Below, piece after piece: positions 19,761 to 29,547 of a stretch of 64,000 nucleotides of DNA (position 1 is the first letter of the stretch; each line of letters begins with the position of its first letter). Origin of the DNA: an uncultured Pseudomonadota bacterium (GTDB taxonomy: Bacteria; Oederibacteriota; Muellerivitia; Muellerivitales; Muellerivitaceae); NCBI GenBank assembly GCA_963770835.1, contig CAVYRH010000019.1:64001-128000 (forward strand), given 5' to 3'. The position numbers and the translations under genes were made by a program. Below the pieces are notes generated by a model, which did not search any database, had not been told where the DNA came from, and saw only the letters and a list, made by a program, of their open reading frames with translations.

Positions 19761-21062
19761 ATGAAGAAGAACTTCTGGAACTTGCTGGGGTTGGCCTCAG
19801 GCGTACTGTCGCTTTACCTGGCTGGATGCAACAGATTGACCTCCGTGACCGCACCCGACATTCCAAACAACCCAAACAATTCCAGTTCCGCCACGGTGTA
19901 TACACCCCCGCAGGCCAACAACATGCTGGGTTCGGGGCTCTACAATTTTTATAAGGGCCAAAACGGCAACATCTTCTTCTCGCCTTTCAGCATCATCACT
20001 TGCATGGCCATGGCCCAGGAGGGCGCGGTAGGGCCCACCCAGGCCCAGATGCAGACGGTCTTGAACCTAAACCCCAACACCACGGCACGGCTGTCCGGAT
20101 TCCAGCAGCTCATCAATGACCTCAACGCCCCAAGCAAGCCCTACACACTGGCGACCGCCGACAACTTGTGGCCCCAGCAGGGTTTCCCCATTCTTTCATC
20201 CTATATCAACACCCTGCAGACTTATTACAACTCCGGCGTGACGGATGTGGATTACATTGGGAATGCCGCGGGGGCGGTCCAAACCATCGATGGCGCGGTA
20301 TCGCAGGAAACTGACGGTTATATTCCCCAACTTCTCACCTCGGTTCCCAACGGGACCAAGCTGGTCTTGACCAACGCCCTTTATTTCCAGGCCGACTGGC
20401 AGAGCCAATTCGTCACCACGGGCACCAATCTACAGGCGTTTAATCTCCCTTCAGGCGGAAACGAATCGGTGAGCATGATGCACGAGGCTTTGTCCGCCAA
20501 TATCGCCACTTACAACGGGGCAGCCAGTGTAATTGCCCTGCCGTACAAGAATAACGGGGCTTCCATGTATATCTTCCTGCCCCCCTCGGGTGGGATGGCC
20601 GCCTTGGAAGGCCTCATGACGGGGCCCAATATCAACTCTTGGCTCAGCGCCAACGGATCGGCTATGACAGTTTCAGGCCCGTCGGCCTCATCCGTTTCCT
20701 TGAGCCTGCCGAAGTTCACCTTTAAGACCCAATATGACCTCGGAAGTACCCTTTCATCCATGGGTATGCCCCTGGCCTTTTCCCTGCCGGGCCCCAACGG
20801 GGCGAATTTCTCCGGTATCGACGGGAACCTAGACCTTTACATCACTAAGGTCATCCACGAGGCCTATATCGATGTAAACGAATCGGGGACCACCGCCGCT
20901 GCGGCCACAGCCGTCATTTTTGGGACCTATTCGGTTGTTACCTTTCCATTGAACACGGTCCCTTTCACGGTGGACCGCCCCTTCATCTTCATGATCGTGG
21001 ATAACGCCACCGGCACGGTGTTGTTCATGGGCCGGGTGAACGACCCCCTCGCCTCAAGCTAA
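19761..21062 (+). CDS. Serpin-family lipoprotein
   Basis: Lipobox LAGC, NIFFSPFSI, NALYF..DW, LPKF, hinge ESGTTAAAAT, DRPFIFMI...LFMGRV. Confidence 0.95.
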   Translation: MKKNFWNLLGLASGVLSLYLAGCNRLTSVTAPDIPNNPNNSSSATVYTPPQANNMLGSGLYNFYKGQNGNIFFSPFSIITCMAMAQEGAVGPTQAQMQTVLNLNPNTTARLSGFQQLINDLNAPSKPYTLATADNLWPQQGFPILSSYINTLQTYYNSGVTDVDYIGNAAGAVQTIDGAVSQETDGYIPQLLTSVPNGTKLVLTNALYFQADWQSQFVTTGTNLQAFNLPSGGNESVSMMHEALSANIATYNGAASVIALPYKNNGASMYIFLPPSGGMAALEGLMTGPNINSWLSANGSAMTVSGPSASSVSLSLPKFTFKTQYDLGSTLSSMGMPLAFSLPGPNGANFSGIDGNLDLYITKVIHEAYIDVNESGTTAAAATAVIFGTYSVVTFPLNTVPFTVDRPFIFMIVDNATGTVLFMGRVNDPLASS

Positions 21063-21092
21063 AGGAGCGCCAGGTCCAAAAAAGAAAAGCTG

Positions 21093-21153
21093 TTTAGCCA
21101 TAGATAAATGGGATTCAACCAGATAGCAAAAACCAACATCCATTGTTTGAAAC
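21093..21153. repeat. Partial copy (left arm) of the 28021..28156 palindromic element
   Basis: TTTAGCCATAGATAAATGGGATTCAACCAGATAGCAAAAACCAAC compared with TTTAGCCACAGATAAATGGGATTAACTCAGATGGCAAAAACAAC. Confidence 0.75.
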
Positions 21154-21168
21154 CCCATGGGTTTGGTT

Positions 21169-21849
21169 TTAATTTTTAGAGGGTGTTGGTGCCGGGGCAG
21201 GCTGGGCCAAGGCATAAAACGGGAGCTTCTCGACCGTAGCATAAAGGGGCCAGGGTTCATCTTTGAATACCGCGTCTTTCACTTCCCGCCCGTTGCTGGT
21301 ATTGAAGCACCGGGGGCTGGACTTCTTGATGCATTTGCCGTGGTTATCGTAAAAACGGTCCCGGATGACCTTCACGAGAAACTGTTGTTCCTGGCCCTTC
21401 CCTTCCTCATAGGCCCCGAATCTCCGGAAGTCCGAATGGATCTTCTGGAGAGTGCCGTCCTCGCGGAAATAATATTTCAGGTTCTGGACCCATTCTTTCG
21501 TGGGGCTCTCGAATTCCAAGGAAACCAGCACGGGAGCCGGGCCCTTGAAATAAGCCGACGCTTTTCGGAAACATCCTTTGGGACAGGCCGTTTGGAGGGC
21601 TGTCTCCGAAGGGTATTCGGTCCAGGAGACGGGCTGGGTGTAGGACAAAGCGGCGAAAAACCGGGGGGACAAGGCATTGCTCTTGAAGTCCGAATCGATG
21701 GCCTTACAGGAGAGGTTGATTTGGCCTAATTCCTTCGCCGTCCCGGCCCACAAAAGCGGGGAGGATAATCCTAAAAGCGAGATCATGAACCCAATGGGCG
21801 CGAATTTCGCCCGGAGTCCCGCGGTCTTCCATCGGTCATTGATATTCAT
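21169..21849 (-). CDS. Hypothetical exported protein
   Basis: 226-aa ORF with a hydrophobic leader ending LWA and an AGGT RBS. Confidence 0.7.
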   Translation of the reverse strand: MNINDRWKTAGLRAKFAPIGFMISLLGLSSPLLWAGTAKELGQINLSCKAIDSDFKSNALSPRFFAALSYTQPVSWTEYPSETALQTACPKGCFRKASAYFKGPAPVLVSLEFESPTKEWVQNLKYYFREDGTLQKIHSDFRRFGAYEEGKGQEQQFLVKVIRDRFYDNHGKCIKKSSPRCFNTSNGREVKDAVFKDEPWPLYATVEKLPFYALAQPAPAPTPSKN

Positions 21850-21888
21850 TTACCTTTTTCTATTTTTGATGGGAATCACAGCCAGGAA

Positions 21889-22071
21889 TTACGTTTCGCT
21901 TTCGGAACCACCCTCGAGTATCTCCATGGTCTTCTCAGCAAAATTCTTGGGCAGGGACCGGCCCTTCCAGGCCTTTTGGTATTCTTTCTTCCAGGCCGGG
22001 TGCTTTTGAAGGAAGTTCCGGTCCGCTTCGCTTAATTTTTTCAGCCAATCCTCAAAGGCCTCAAGATCCAT
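21889..22071 (-). CDS. Small hypothetical protein
   Basis: 60-aa ORF, co-oriented between two genes, with a purine-rich RBS. Confidence 0.55.
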   Translation of the reverse strand: MDLEAFEDWLKKLSEADRNFLQKHPAWKKEYQKAWKGRSLPKNFAEKTMEILEGGSESET

Positions 22072-22112
22072 CGTTCTTTCCCCCGCGACTTCCCCCTTGG
22101 TTTCTCAAGGGG

Positions 22113-23264
22113 TCATTTGCCCGGCGGATTCGTTCCACCATTAGCCGGATTTCCATCGGCATCGAACATTTGAAAGGAACCGTCGTCAAAAATCGCGAGG
22201 ATTTGAAGGGGCTTGCCGTCCTGGCCGTTGGAAAACTTCACTTCTTTTACGCCCGAAGCCAGGTAAAAAGGCTTGTTATCGGTATCACCCGGCGCGATGT
22301 CGTAAAGGAAGGCGTCCCCACCCGAGATCTTCACCATCCGGCTTCCGTCCTTGCTGCTATAGGAAACGCTGGGGCCCGGGACTTGCGCGGTTCCCGGGGC
22401 CTGGCCGTTTCCCGGCGGCGGAGCGGTGGAGGCGGTTTGGTTGGCCGGCGCGGTGGCCGATTCATACTGGCCGTTGTTGTAAACATAGGTCACGTTTACC
22501 GAGGGATCCTGCCACCACCAATATCCCTGATGCCAATAGCACCAGCGGTAATAAACCGGGTCATACCACCAAAAATTTCCCGCGTACCAGCGCGACCAGA
22601 AACAGTTCCCGCCCCAGTACCATCCGTACCAGTGGTAGCCCCAGGGGTCGTAGTAATGGCAGTAATTGTAACCCCCCCAGCTGTGCCAATAGTAATGGTT
22701 CACCGCGATTTCACTTCTGTTGTAACCCCCGATCTGGGCCGTGAAAGTCGCGTTACCGGCGAAACCGTTCATGTGGTTTTGAACCACCACGGCGTTGGCG
22801 CCCCGGGGTTCGATGACCGAGGCCTGCAAGGCGTGCCCATCGGGGCCGGTGGAGGGACGGGTGAAGGTGGAGTGCGTGCGGTCAGCCATGAGTATGTTCG
22901 ACCGGGCAAGGGGATGAGGCAAGTGGGTGATGCCCATGCTTTGGAGGTGCGGTGAAATCCGCTGGGATTGGTTCGAGGGGTGGTTGGTGAACCCATGGGG
23001 CTGGGCGGCCTGGCCGGCCGGGCGATTGCCCCCGTTACGGTCGAATTGATGGGGAGACGTTTGGCCGTTTCTTACCCCGGGATTGGCCCGGTTGGAGCGC
23101 CTTTGATTCCTTCCGTTGCGGTTGCCCTTTTTAGGATGCCCATTACCGTTGTTATCCCCGTAACCCGATCCACCGCCTGAACCCCGGTCTTTTCCGTCTT
23201 GGGCCCAGACCGCGGCGGATGAAAAAAGGATTAAAGTCAAAAAAACGGCCAATGGCTTATTCAT
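22113..23264 (-). CDS. Exported protein with a disordered Gly/Arg/Asn N-terminus and a Trp/Tyr-rich repeat core
   Basis: Signal peptide ending VWA; YYWHSWGGYNYCHYYDPWGYHWYGWYWG... tract. Confidence 0.8.
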   Translation of the reverse strand: MNKPLAVFLTLILFSSAAVWAQDGKDRGSGGGSGYGDNNGNGHPKKGNRNGRNQRRSNRANPGVRNGQTSPHQFDRNGGNRPAGQAAQPHGFTNHPSNQSQRISPHLQSMGITHLPHPLARSNILMADRTHSTFTRPSTGPDGHALQASVIEPRGANAVVVQNHMNGFAGNATFTAQIGGYNRSEIAVNHYYWHSWGGYNYCHYYDPWGYHWYGWYWGGNCFWSRWYAGNFWWYDPVYYRWCYWHQGYWWWQDPSVNVTYVYNNGQYESATAPANQTASTAPPPGNGQAPGTAQVPGPSVSYSSKDGSRMVKISGGDAFLYDIAPGDTDNKPFYLASGVKEVKFSNGQDGKPLQILAIFDDGSFQMFDADGNPANGGTNPPGK

Positions 23265-23435
23265 TTAGTTCCCCCTCAAGGATGAAGCTATTATCCCATT
23301 TCGGGTCTTATTCTTCAGTATTTTGACGCTTACAGGGGATGTTTTGTTTCCTCACCGGGAATAACCCATCATCGTTTTTCCGGCGAGGATCAAGGGACGA
23401 AAGGGCGGGCTGGTTCAAGCGAGGGATTTACCCAT

Positions 23436-23472
23436 AAAAACAAAGAGCCTCCGCAACCAAGGTTGCGGAGGC
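23436..23472 (-). terminator. Rho-independent terminator
   Basis: GCCTCCGCAACC-AA-GGTTGCGGAGGC hairpin followed by TCTTTGTTTTT on the minus strand. Confidence 0.8.
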
Positions 23473-23501
23473 CTAGGAATAACTTTCAGCTTCCAAACGG
23501 A

Positions 23502-23648
23502 TCAGTACCCTCCACCACTATGTGAAACAGGGGTCCCAGTCGCTGTACCGGAACCAGTGGGAGCGGTGGAACTGGAACTGCCGTTACAGGCCAAGCTGAG
23601 ACAGCCTAGGAACAAAAAGGTAAAACCCATCAAAATCCATTTTTTCAT
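23502..23648 (-). CDS. 48-aa lipoprotein (below the ORF-track cut-off)
   Basis: Hand translation MKKWILMGFTFLFLGCLSLACNGSSSSTAPTGSGTATGTPVSHSGGGY*; GAGGGG RBS; followed by a terminator. Confidence 0.75.
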   Translation of the reverse strand: MKKWILMGFTFLFLGCLSLACNGSSSSTAPTGSGTATGTPVSHSGGGY

Positions 23649-23715
23649 TCAGCTCACCCCTCTTCTACTAAGAACTAGTTTGGCCGGTAAAGTCGCCACG
23701 CCTTAGGCCGTTTAC

Positions 23716-24192
23716 TCAGTTAACGTTAATGATCCCCGCCATGGCGCTGCAATTGGTGGAGCCGCAGCCCGTATCGTTGGTGCAACTGGTGGCGTGGGCG
23801 CTGCAGTGGAAGTAATAGGTTCCCGCGGCCAGGGTTTGGGTGACCGAACCCGTGGCGCCCGTGGCAATACACGCGCTGGTTCCATTGTCGAAATATAAAG
23901 GATGGAAGCTGGAGCCCTGGATGATAACGACATTCCCGACGTGGGCGGCGATGGTTAAAAGTCCCCCGGTTCCGGTGGAACCACCGCTGGAAGAGGTATA
24001 AATATAACCCGTTGCCGACGAACCGCTAGAAGCCGCTGAAACCGTGATAGTGGTTCCTCCGCTGTTTCCCCCGCCACTGTTGTTATTTCCCCCGGAACTC
24101 GTGGGGCTCGTGCCGGTATTGCTTTGGCAAGCCACTTGAAAAGCCACCAATAAAAAACTTAAAGCCGCAACCCAAAGATATTTCCCCTTCAT
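23716..24192 (-). CDS. Cupredoxin-like lipoprotein
   Basis: Lipobox QVAC; HPL...GTYYFHCSAH...MAG.I.V type-1 copper ligand pattern; GGAGG RBS. Confidence 0.7.
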   Translation of the reverse strand: MKGKYLWVAALSFLLVAFQVACQSNTGTSPTSSGGNNNSGGGNSGGTTITVSAASSGSSATGYIYTSSSGGSTGTGGLLTIAAHVGNVVIIQGSSFHPLYFDNGTSACIATGATGSVTQTLAAGTYYFHCSAHATSCTNDTGCGSTNCSAMAGIINVN

Positions 24193-24449
24193 GAACAACC
24201 TCCCCGGGTAACCCCCAATCCTCTTGGGAAGAAGGAAACCCTTCCGTGCCGTGATTTAACTGCTCGCTTTTAAATACAGCGGAAGGGAGGAAATGTTACG
24301 AACCTGGGGGCGGACACAGGTAAACTTTGGAAAAAGCAGAATGGGGGAAACTACTTCGGAAAAGAAAAAAGGTTACAGCACTTTGTCCGGAATGAACGTT
24401 CGATATTACGGCGTTAAAAGACTAAGACCACCTAACAAAAGCCCATTTC

Positions 24450-24633
24450 ACCGCCAAGACGCCAAGGACCCAAGAACAGCGAAAGAAAACACCCCCCAAA
24501 AACATTCAAATCCTAAATATTTTTGTCTTTTTTGGCGGACTTGTGCCGATTTGCCATAAAGAAGTTAAGGGAATCGGTACTATGCCGACCTCTTTAAAGT
24601 CTTATATGAAGGTCGGCATGGCGTCTTAGCGGT
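24450..24633. repeat. Palindromic intergenic element (CGCCAAGACGCCAAG type) interrupted by a 75-bp insertion
   Basis: Left arm ACCGCCAAGACGCCAAGG; right arm GGACTTG[insert]TGGCGTCTTAGCGGT. Confidence 0.65.
24544..24618. mobile_element. 75-bp MITE/REP-doublet-like insertion
   Basis: TGCCGA...TCGGCA ends, two inverted ~36-bp halves, TG on both flanks. Confidence 0.55.
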
Positions 24634-24681
24634 TGGACAGGTTTTATTAGAGACTCTCGATCACTGACGGAAAAAATTGAG

Positions 24682-26664
24682 TTACTGTTTCCCCTCCACC
24701 AACTTGTCGACCACCGAGGGGTCGGCCAGGGTGGAGGTATCCCCCAGGTTGCCGGTGTCGTTTTCGGCGATCTTCCTCAAAATACGCCGCATGATTTTCC
24801 CGCTGCGGGTCTTGGGAAGCCCGATGGCGAACTGGATCTTGTCCGGCTGGGCGATGGCCCCGATTTCCTTGCGCACGTGCTGAACCAATTCCTTTTTAAT
24901 ATCCTCCGACGGCGCCACCCCTTCCTTCAAGGTCACGTAAGCGTAGAGGGCCTGCCCCTTGATGTCGTGGGGATAGCCCACCACCGCGGCCTCGGACACT
25001 TTGAAGTTGGAAACCAGGGCGCTTTCCACTTCGGCCGTCCCGATGCGGTGGCCTGAGATATTGACCACGTCGTCCACCCTCCCCAGCAGCCAGTAATCTC
25101 CGTCCGGGTCGATGCGGCAGCCGTCCCCCGTGAAATACACGTTGGGGAAGGTGGAGAAATAAGTGTTGATGAACCGCTCGTGGTCGCCCCAGGTGGTGCG
25201 CATCATGCCGGGCCAGGGCTTCTTGATGCAAAGTTTCCCGCCCTCGTTGGGTTTGCATTCGGTGCCGTCATCCCTCAAGACCACCGGCTCCACCCCGAAG
25301 AAAGGCTTCGAGGCGCTTCCGGGCTTCAGGGTATGGGCCCCCGGCAGGGGCGTGATCATGAACCCGCCCGTTTCGGTCTGCCACCAGGTGTCCACGATGG
25401 GGCAGTTGCCGCGCCCCACGTTGCGGTGGTACCACAGCCAGGCCTCCGGATTGATCGGTTCCCCCACCGAGCCCAGGATCTTCAGCGAACCCAGGTCGTA
25501 TTTTTTCGGCCAGTCTTCCCCCTCCCGCATCAGGGCCCGGATGGCCGTGGGGGCGGTGTAAAAGATATTCACCTTGTGCTTCGAGACGACCTGCCAGAAA
25601 CGCCCGGGGTCGGGATAATTGGGCACGCCCTCGAACATCAGGGAGGTGGCACCGTTGGCCAGCGGGCCGTAGACGATGTAACTATGTCCCGTCACCCATC
25701 CGATGTCCGCCGTGCACCAATAGAGCTCCCCGGGGTGGTAGTCAAAAACGTACCGGTGCGTCATGGCCACCCACAAGAGATAACCCGCCGTGGTATGCAA
25801 AACCCCCTTGGGCTTGCCCGTGGAACCTGAGGTATAAAGAATGAAAAGCGGGTCTTCCGCTTTCATGGGTCGGGCGGTATGGTTGGGGTCGGCTCTCTCT
25901 ATCTCCTCATGCCACCAAAAATCACGGCCCGCCTTCATTTTGACCTCTCCACCCCCCCGCTGGAAAACCACCACGCTTTTAACCGAGGGGCATTCCCGCA
26001 AAGCCTCATCCACGATGCCCTTGAGCGGTATCTCCCGCCCCGCCCGGAAGGCCACGTCCGCCGTGACGACCGCCGCGTTGTCCGAGTCCTGGATGCGGCT
26101 CTTGAGCGACTCGGCGGAAAAGCCTCCGAACACCACCGAGTGGACCGCCCCGATGCGGGCGCAAGCCAAAAGGGCCACGGCCGCCTCCGGCACCATGGGC
26201 ATGTAAACGCAGACGCGGTCGCCCTTTTTAACGCCCTTGGAAAGGAGCACGTTGGAAAACCGGCAGACCAGCTCGTGCAGTTCCGCGTAGGTAATCCGGC
26301 GGACCTCCTCGTCCTTCTCTCCTTGCCAAAGGATGGCAATCCTGTCCTTGGCGGGGCCGTTCAAATGCCGGTCCAGGCAATTGACGGAAACATTCAATTC
26401 CCCATCCTCAAACCAGGTGTGTTGGATGACCCGTTTTTTCGTGTCCCAGGTATATTCCAAAGTCTTTGCGGGTTGTTTGAACCATTGGAGTTCCTTCGAG
26501 GCCTGCTCCAGCCAAAAAGCGTGGGAATCCTTGACCGAGCGGTCGTACATTTCCCTGTATTTTTCGGGGGATCCTATATAAGCCTTGGCCGAAAGGGTCG
26601 CGGGAGGCGGAAAGCTCAGCGTATCCTTTTGTAAGGAAGTGATGGATTGGTCTTGCGAAGGCAT
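24682..26664 (-). CDS. acs: Acetyl-CoA synthetase
   Basis: [21 protein letters not shown] and [12 protein letters not shown] motifs. Confidence 0.97.
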   Translation of the reverse strand: MPSQDQSITSLQKDTLSFPPPATLSAKAYIGSPEKYREMYDRSVKDSHAFWLEQASKELQWFKQPAKTLEYTWDTKKRVIQHTWFEDGELNVSVNCLDRHLNGPAKDRIAILWQGEKDEEVRRITYAELHELVCRFSNVLLSKGVKKGDRVCVYMPMVPEAAVALLACARIGAVHSVVFGGFSAESLKSRIQDSDNAAVVTADVAFRAGREIPLKGIVDEALRECPSVKSVVVFQRGGGEVKMKAGRDFWWHEEIERADPNHTARPMKAEDPLFILYTSGSTGKPKGVLHTTAGYLLWVAMTHRYVFDYHPGELYWCTADIGWVTGHSYIVYGPLANGATSLMFEGVPNYPDPGRFWQVVSKHKVNIFYTAPTAIRALMREGEDWPKKYDLGSLKILGSVGEPINPEAWLWYHRNVGRGNCPIVDTWWQTETGGFMITPLPGAHTLKPGSASKPFFGVEPVVLRDDGTECKPNEGGKLCIKKPWPGMMRTTWGDHERFINTYFSTFPNVYFTGDGCRIDPDGDYWLLGRVDDVVNISGHRIGTAEVESALVSNFKVSEAAVVGYPHDIKGQALYAYVTLKEGVAPSEDIKKELVQHVRKEIGAIAQPDKIQFAIGLPKTRSGKIMRRILRKIAENDTGNLGDTSTLADPSVVDKLVEGKQ

Positions 26665-26817
26665 TTTTCCTCCTTAAAATGGGGTCTAGGTGCGGTCCCT
26701 AGTCTAATGCGGGGGCCTTTAAAGATAAACTAATCCTCTGACAAACCGGAAAAATCGTAACTCTTTCGCAACGAAGGTGAAAAAATTCCGCAATTTAGCT
26801 GAAAACGATCGGAGATT

Positions 26818-27966
26818 ATGAAAATCCTCATCGCACCCGATAAGTTTAAAGGCGTCTCCACGGCCCAGGAAGTCGCCGAAATCCTGAGGAACCAAATCCA
26901 AAAGCACCTTCCCGACGCACAAATCCGCCTCTGCCCCGTGGCCGATGGGGGAGAAGGCACCCTAACTTCCATCATTTACCTGCTCAAGGGCAGAACCATC
27001 AATACGACGGTCAATGATCCCCTCATGAGGCCCAAACAGGTCCAATTCGGGATGGCCCAACTCCCTGAAAAAGAAACCGCCATCGTTGAAATGGCCCAGG
27101 CCTCCGGCCTTTTCCGCCTGGCCCCGTCGGAATTCAACCCCCTGGAGACCACCAGTTACGGCACGGGGGAGATTGTTGTCGAGGCCGTGAAAAAACACAA
27201 CGCGCGCCACTTGCGCATATCCCTGGGCGGTAGCGCGACCGTGGATGGTGGCTTGGGTTTCCTCCAGGCCCTAGGGGCCGTTATCAAATCGAAGTCCCCT
27301 CTTCCGCCCAAAGGCCTTTCCGGAAAACACCTGTCTCTAATCCAATCCATCGATTTGGAGCCCGCCCGCCTTCTCTTGCGGGGGATCGATATTACGGGGC
27401 TCGTGGATGTCAATGTTCCCCTCTTGGGGGACCACGGGGCGGCCCGGTTTTTCGGGCCCTTTAAAGGCGCCACGCCTGAAATGGTGGAGGAACTGGAAAA
27501 GGGGCTTTACCATTTTGAGTTGTTGCTGGCCAAGGCCTGCGCGATGCTTTTGAAAAACGAAAAAGGCTCGGGGGCCGCCGGCGGGATGGGCATGGCCCTG
27601 CTGGCCCTGGGTGCGAGGCTGGAAAGCGGGTTCGATTTCGTGGCCCAGACCCTCAAACTGGAAGAGCAAATGAAGGGCTGCGACCTAGTCATCACGGGGG
27701 AAGGCCGCTTGGACAATTCCAGCCGCGAGGGAAAGGCACCCGTGGCCGTGGCCCTGATGGCCCAAAAGCTGGGCATCCGTTGCATCGCCATCGTCGGTGC
27801 CGTCGACCCCGGCGTGGGCTGGCTGAAGGAAGTCGGCATCTCCAAAGTGCTTCCACTTTTCGACACCCCCATCATCGGGGACGACCCCCGCAAGTTGGAA
27901 GTTCCCCACCGCTTCGCCGAAATCGTGGCTACCCTTTTCAGCAAAGAACAGGCCTTCAAGGTTTAG
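26818..27966 (+). CDS. glxK: Glycerate kinase (GlxK family)
   Basis: APDKFKG, ADGGEGT, GGSATVDGG, GAAGG, ITGEG and GKAP motifs. Confidence 0.93.
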   Translation: MKILIAPDKFKGVSTAQEVAEILRNQIQKHLPDAQIRLCPVADGGEGTLTSIIYLLKGRTINTTVNDPLMRPKQVQFGMAQLPEKETAIVEMAQASGLFRLAPSEFNPLETTSYGTGEIVVEAVKKHNARHLRISLGGSATVDGGLGFLQALGAVIKSKSPLPPKGLSGKHLSLIQSIDLEPARLLLRGIDITGLVDVNVPLLGDHGAARFFGPFKGATPEMVEELEKGLYHFELLLAKACAMLLKNEKGSGAAGGMGMALLALGARLESGFDFVAQTLKLEEQMKGCDLVITGEGRLDNSSREGKAPVAVALMAQKLGIRCIAIVGAVDPGVGWLKEVGISKVLPLFDTPIIGDDPRKLEVPHRFAEIVATLFSKEQAFKV

Positions 27967-28020
27967 AACTTCTAGCAAAGCCCAAATTTGACAAAACAAT
28001 TCAGAAAATACCAAAGACTA

Positions 28021-28156
28021 TTTAGCCACAGATAAATGGGATTAACTCAGATGGCAAAAACAACTACCGATTGTTTTAAACTTAAATGAATTTCCGGGTT
28101 TTTAGAATTCGATTTTTCCAAATCCATCCCCTATATCCCATTCATCTGTGGCAAAA
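28021..28156. repeat. Palindromic intergenic element with ~22-bp terminal inverted arms
   Basis: TTTAGCCACAGATAAATGGGAT ... ATCCCATTCATCTGTGGCAAAA (20/22 match). Confidence 0.8.
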
Positions 28157-28218
28157 ATGATTTGTTTTGTGAAGTGCTTAGTTCCGTTTTGGGTGGAGTC
28201 TTAATCCCCGCCGCAATC

Positions 28219-28821
28219 CTACTTCAAAAGAAAATGAACTAGAACCCAGCCCGGAAGGGTTCCGAGGACTATCGCCACGATAACCCCCGGAATACTTTTA
28301 AGGAGTCCCGGCGTTAATTTGTTCAATGAAACCTTGATCGGATAGACAATTTGCTCCCCCCCGCCGTTGACCAGGCAGGCGCAATTGGGGCAAAGGTAAG
28401 TCACCCACAAGCCGAGCTGGAAGGAAACCGGTTGGAACCGGAACGTTTGGGTTTGGTAGCACTGGGGGCAGGAAAACTTCCGGAAGCCCGGCAGGACCCA
28501 TAAAAAAACGCCGTTTTTCACGAACCTCAAAACCAAAAACAGAACCGCCCAAACCAATAAAACCACCGCCAGCCCCAAGGCGGGTGCCCTTCCCGACCTT
28601 TCCAAATAAGCCCCGCTAACCTGGGCCAGAAGGCCGATTCCCAAAGCCCAAAGAAACACCGTTAAAAAGTGTTTCGTGAATTTTTGGGTGGAAAGGCGGA
28701 CATTCCCGTTCGAATCCACTTCCATGCAATGGAAACCCGCCAGCCAGGAAAAGAAGCCGATGGTGTAGCCCAGCAAAAGCTGTGAGATTCCAATCGATTT
28801 TTTATTTTGTTCCGGAGACAT
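28219..28821 (-). CDS. Hypothetical membrane protein with two CxxC motifs
   Basis: About four hydrophobic helices; CPQC and CPNC. Confidence 0.7.
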   Translation of the reverse strand: MSPEQNKKSIGISQLLLGYTIGFFSWLAGFHCMEVDSNGNVRLSTQKFTKHFLTVFLWALGIGLLAQVSGAYLERSGRAPALGLAVVLLVWAVLFLVLRFVKNGVFLWVLPGFRKFSCPQCYQTQTFRFQPVSFQLGLWVTYLCPNCACLVNGGGEQIVYPIKVSLNKLTPGLLKSIPGVIVAIVLGTLPGWVLVHFLLK

Positions 28822-28882
28822 AGGCGCCCCTTTCTTCGTCGATATCAATTAAGGGATAAGGGATTAATGACTTCTATGTTTT

Positions 28883-29179
28883 TTAAGTACGATCTTTCCA
28901 ACGGCGCGGATGGCGGCCACAATGCATGACAGCAACGACCACCGCGACATCATTTACAATCCGATAATAGACGCCGAATGGAAACCGATGGATGAGGGCT
29001 CGCCGGGTGTTTCGATGAACAACGGGGTACATCGAGGGGTTGGATTCGATACTGGCAATGATCGCTAAAACATCATCAAGGAACTCATGGCCAAGGCCTT
29101 GCCTTTGCTTTTGATACCAACCCGCGGCATCCAGGAGATCCTCCGATGCCTCCGGGCGAAGCCTGGCCGCAAAACTCAA
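28883..29179 (-). CDS. RelE/ParE-family toxin
   Basis: EA..DL..A..WY....GLG.EF, RFPF.VYY and VAVMH..R.P..W motifs; stop/start overlap with the antitoxin. Confidence 0.9.
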   Translation of the reverse strand: MSFAARLRPEASEDLLDAAGWYQKQRQGLGHEFLDDVLAIIASIESNPSMYPVVHRNTRRALIHRFPFGVYYRIVNDVAVVVAVMHCGRHPRRWKDRT

Positions 29180-29385
29180 ATCTTACGCCGAATCTCAGAG
29201 ATGGTCTCAACTGCCGGACGGCCCTGGTTTCCATCCGACTCGAAAGCATCAAGACGCCTATCCAATTCAGCTTTTTCATCATCCGTGAGTGGCAATGCAC
29301 CCTGGTCAGCCGCGATACTGTCCCAGAGTTCTTCAACAAGCTTGATTCGCTCGTCTATCGGCAGATTACGGATTTTTACGTTCAT
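29176..29385 (-). CDS. Putative addiction-module antitoxin
   Basis: L...ERI.LVEELWDSI...ELDRRL motif, directly upstream of the toxin. Confidence 0.9.
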   Translation of the reverse strand: MNVKIRNLPIDERIKLVEELWDSIAADQGALPLTDDEKAELDRRLDAFESDGNQGRPAVETISEIRRKI

Positions 29386-29547
29386 CGTCTCGCTCCTGTC
29401 AAACAGCCCACAAAACCATTGGAGAAATTATATCCCTAACAGGGTGCTGAAAAAATGCCTTTTCACCTTGGCGATAAAAAAAGGGGAACTCCATGGATTG
29501 CGGCGGAAGGTTTTGAACACCGGCCTGGCCCGGTTGTTTCTGCCGGA

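Noticed and set aside
28870..29460. TA pair as an integron cassette, or an IS end (CAGGGTGCTGAAAAA at ~29440)
   Set aside because: The core-site matches are imperfect, and there is no attC stem, integrase or partner inverted repeat.
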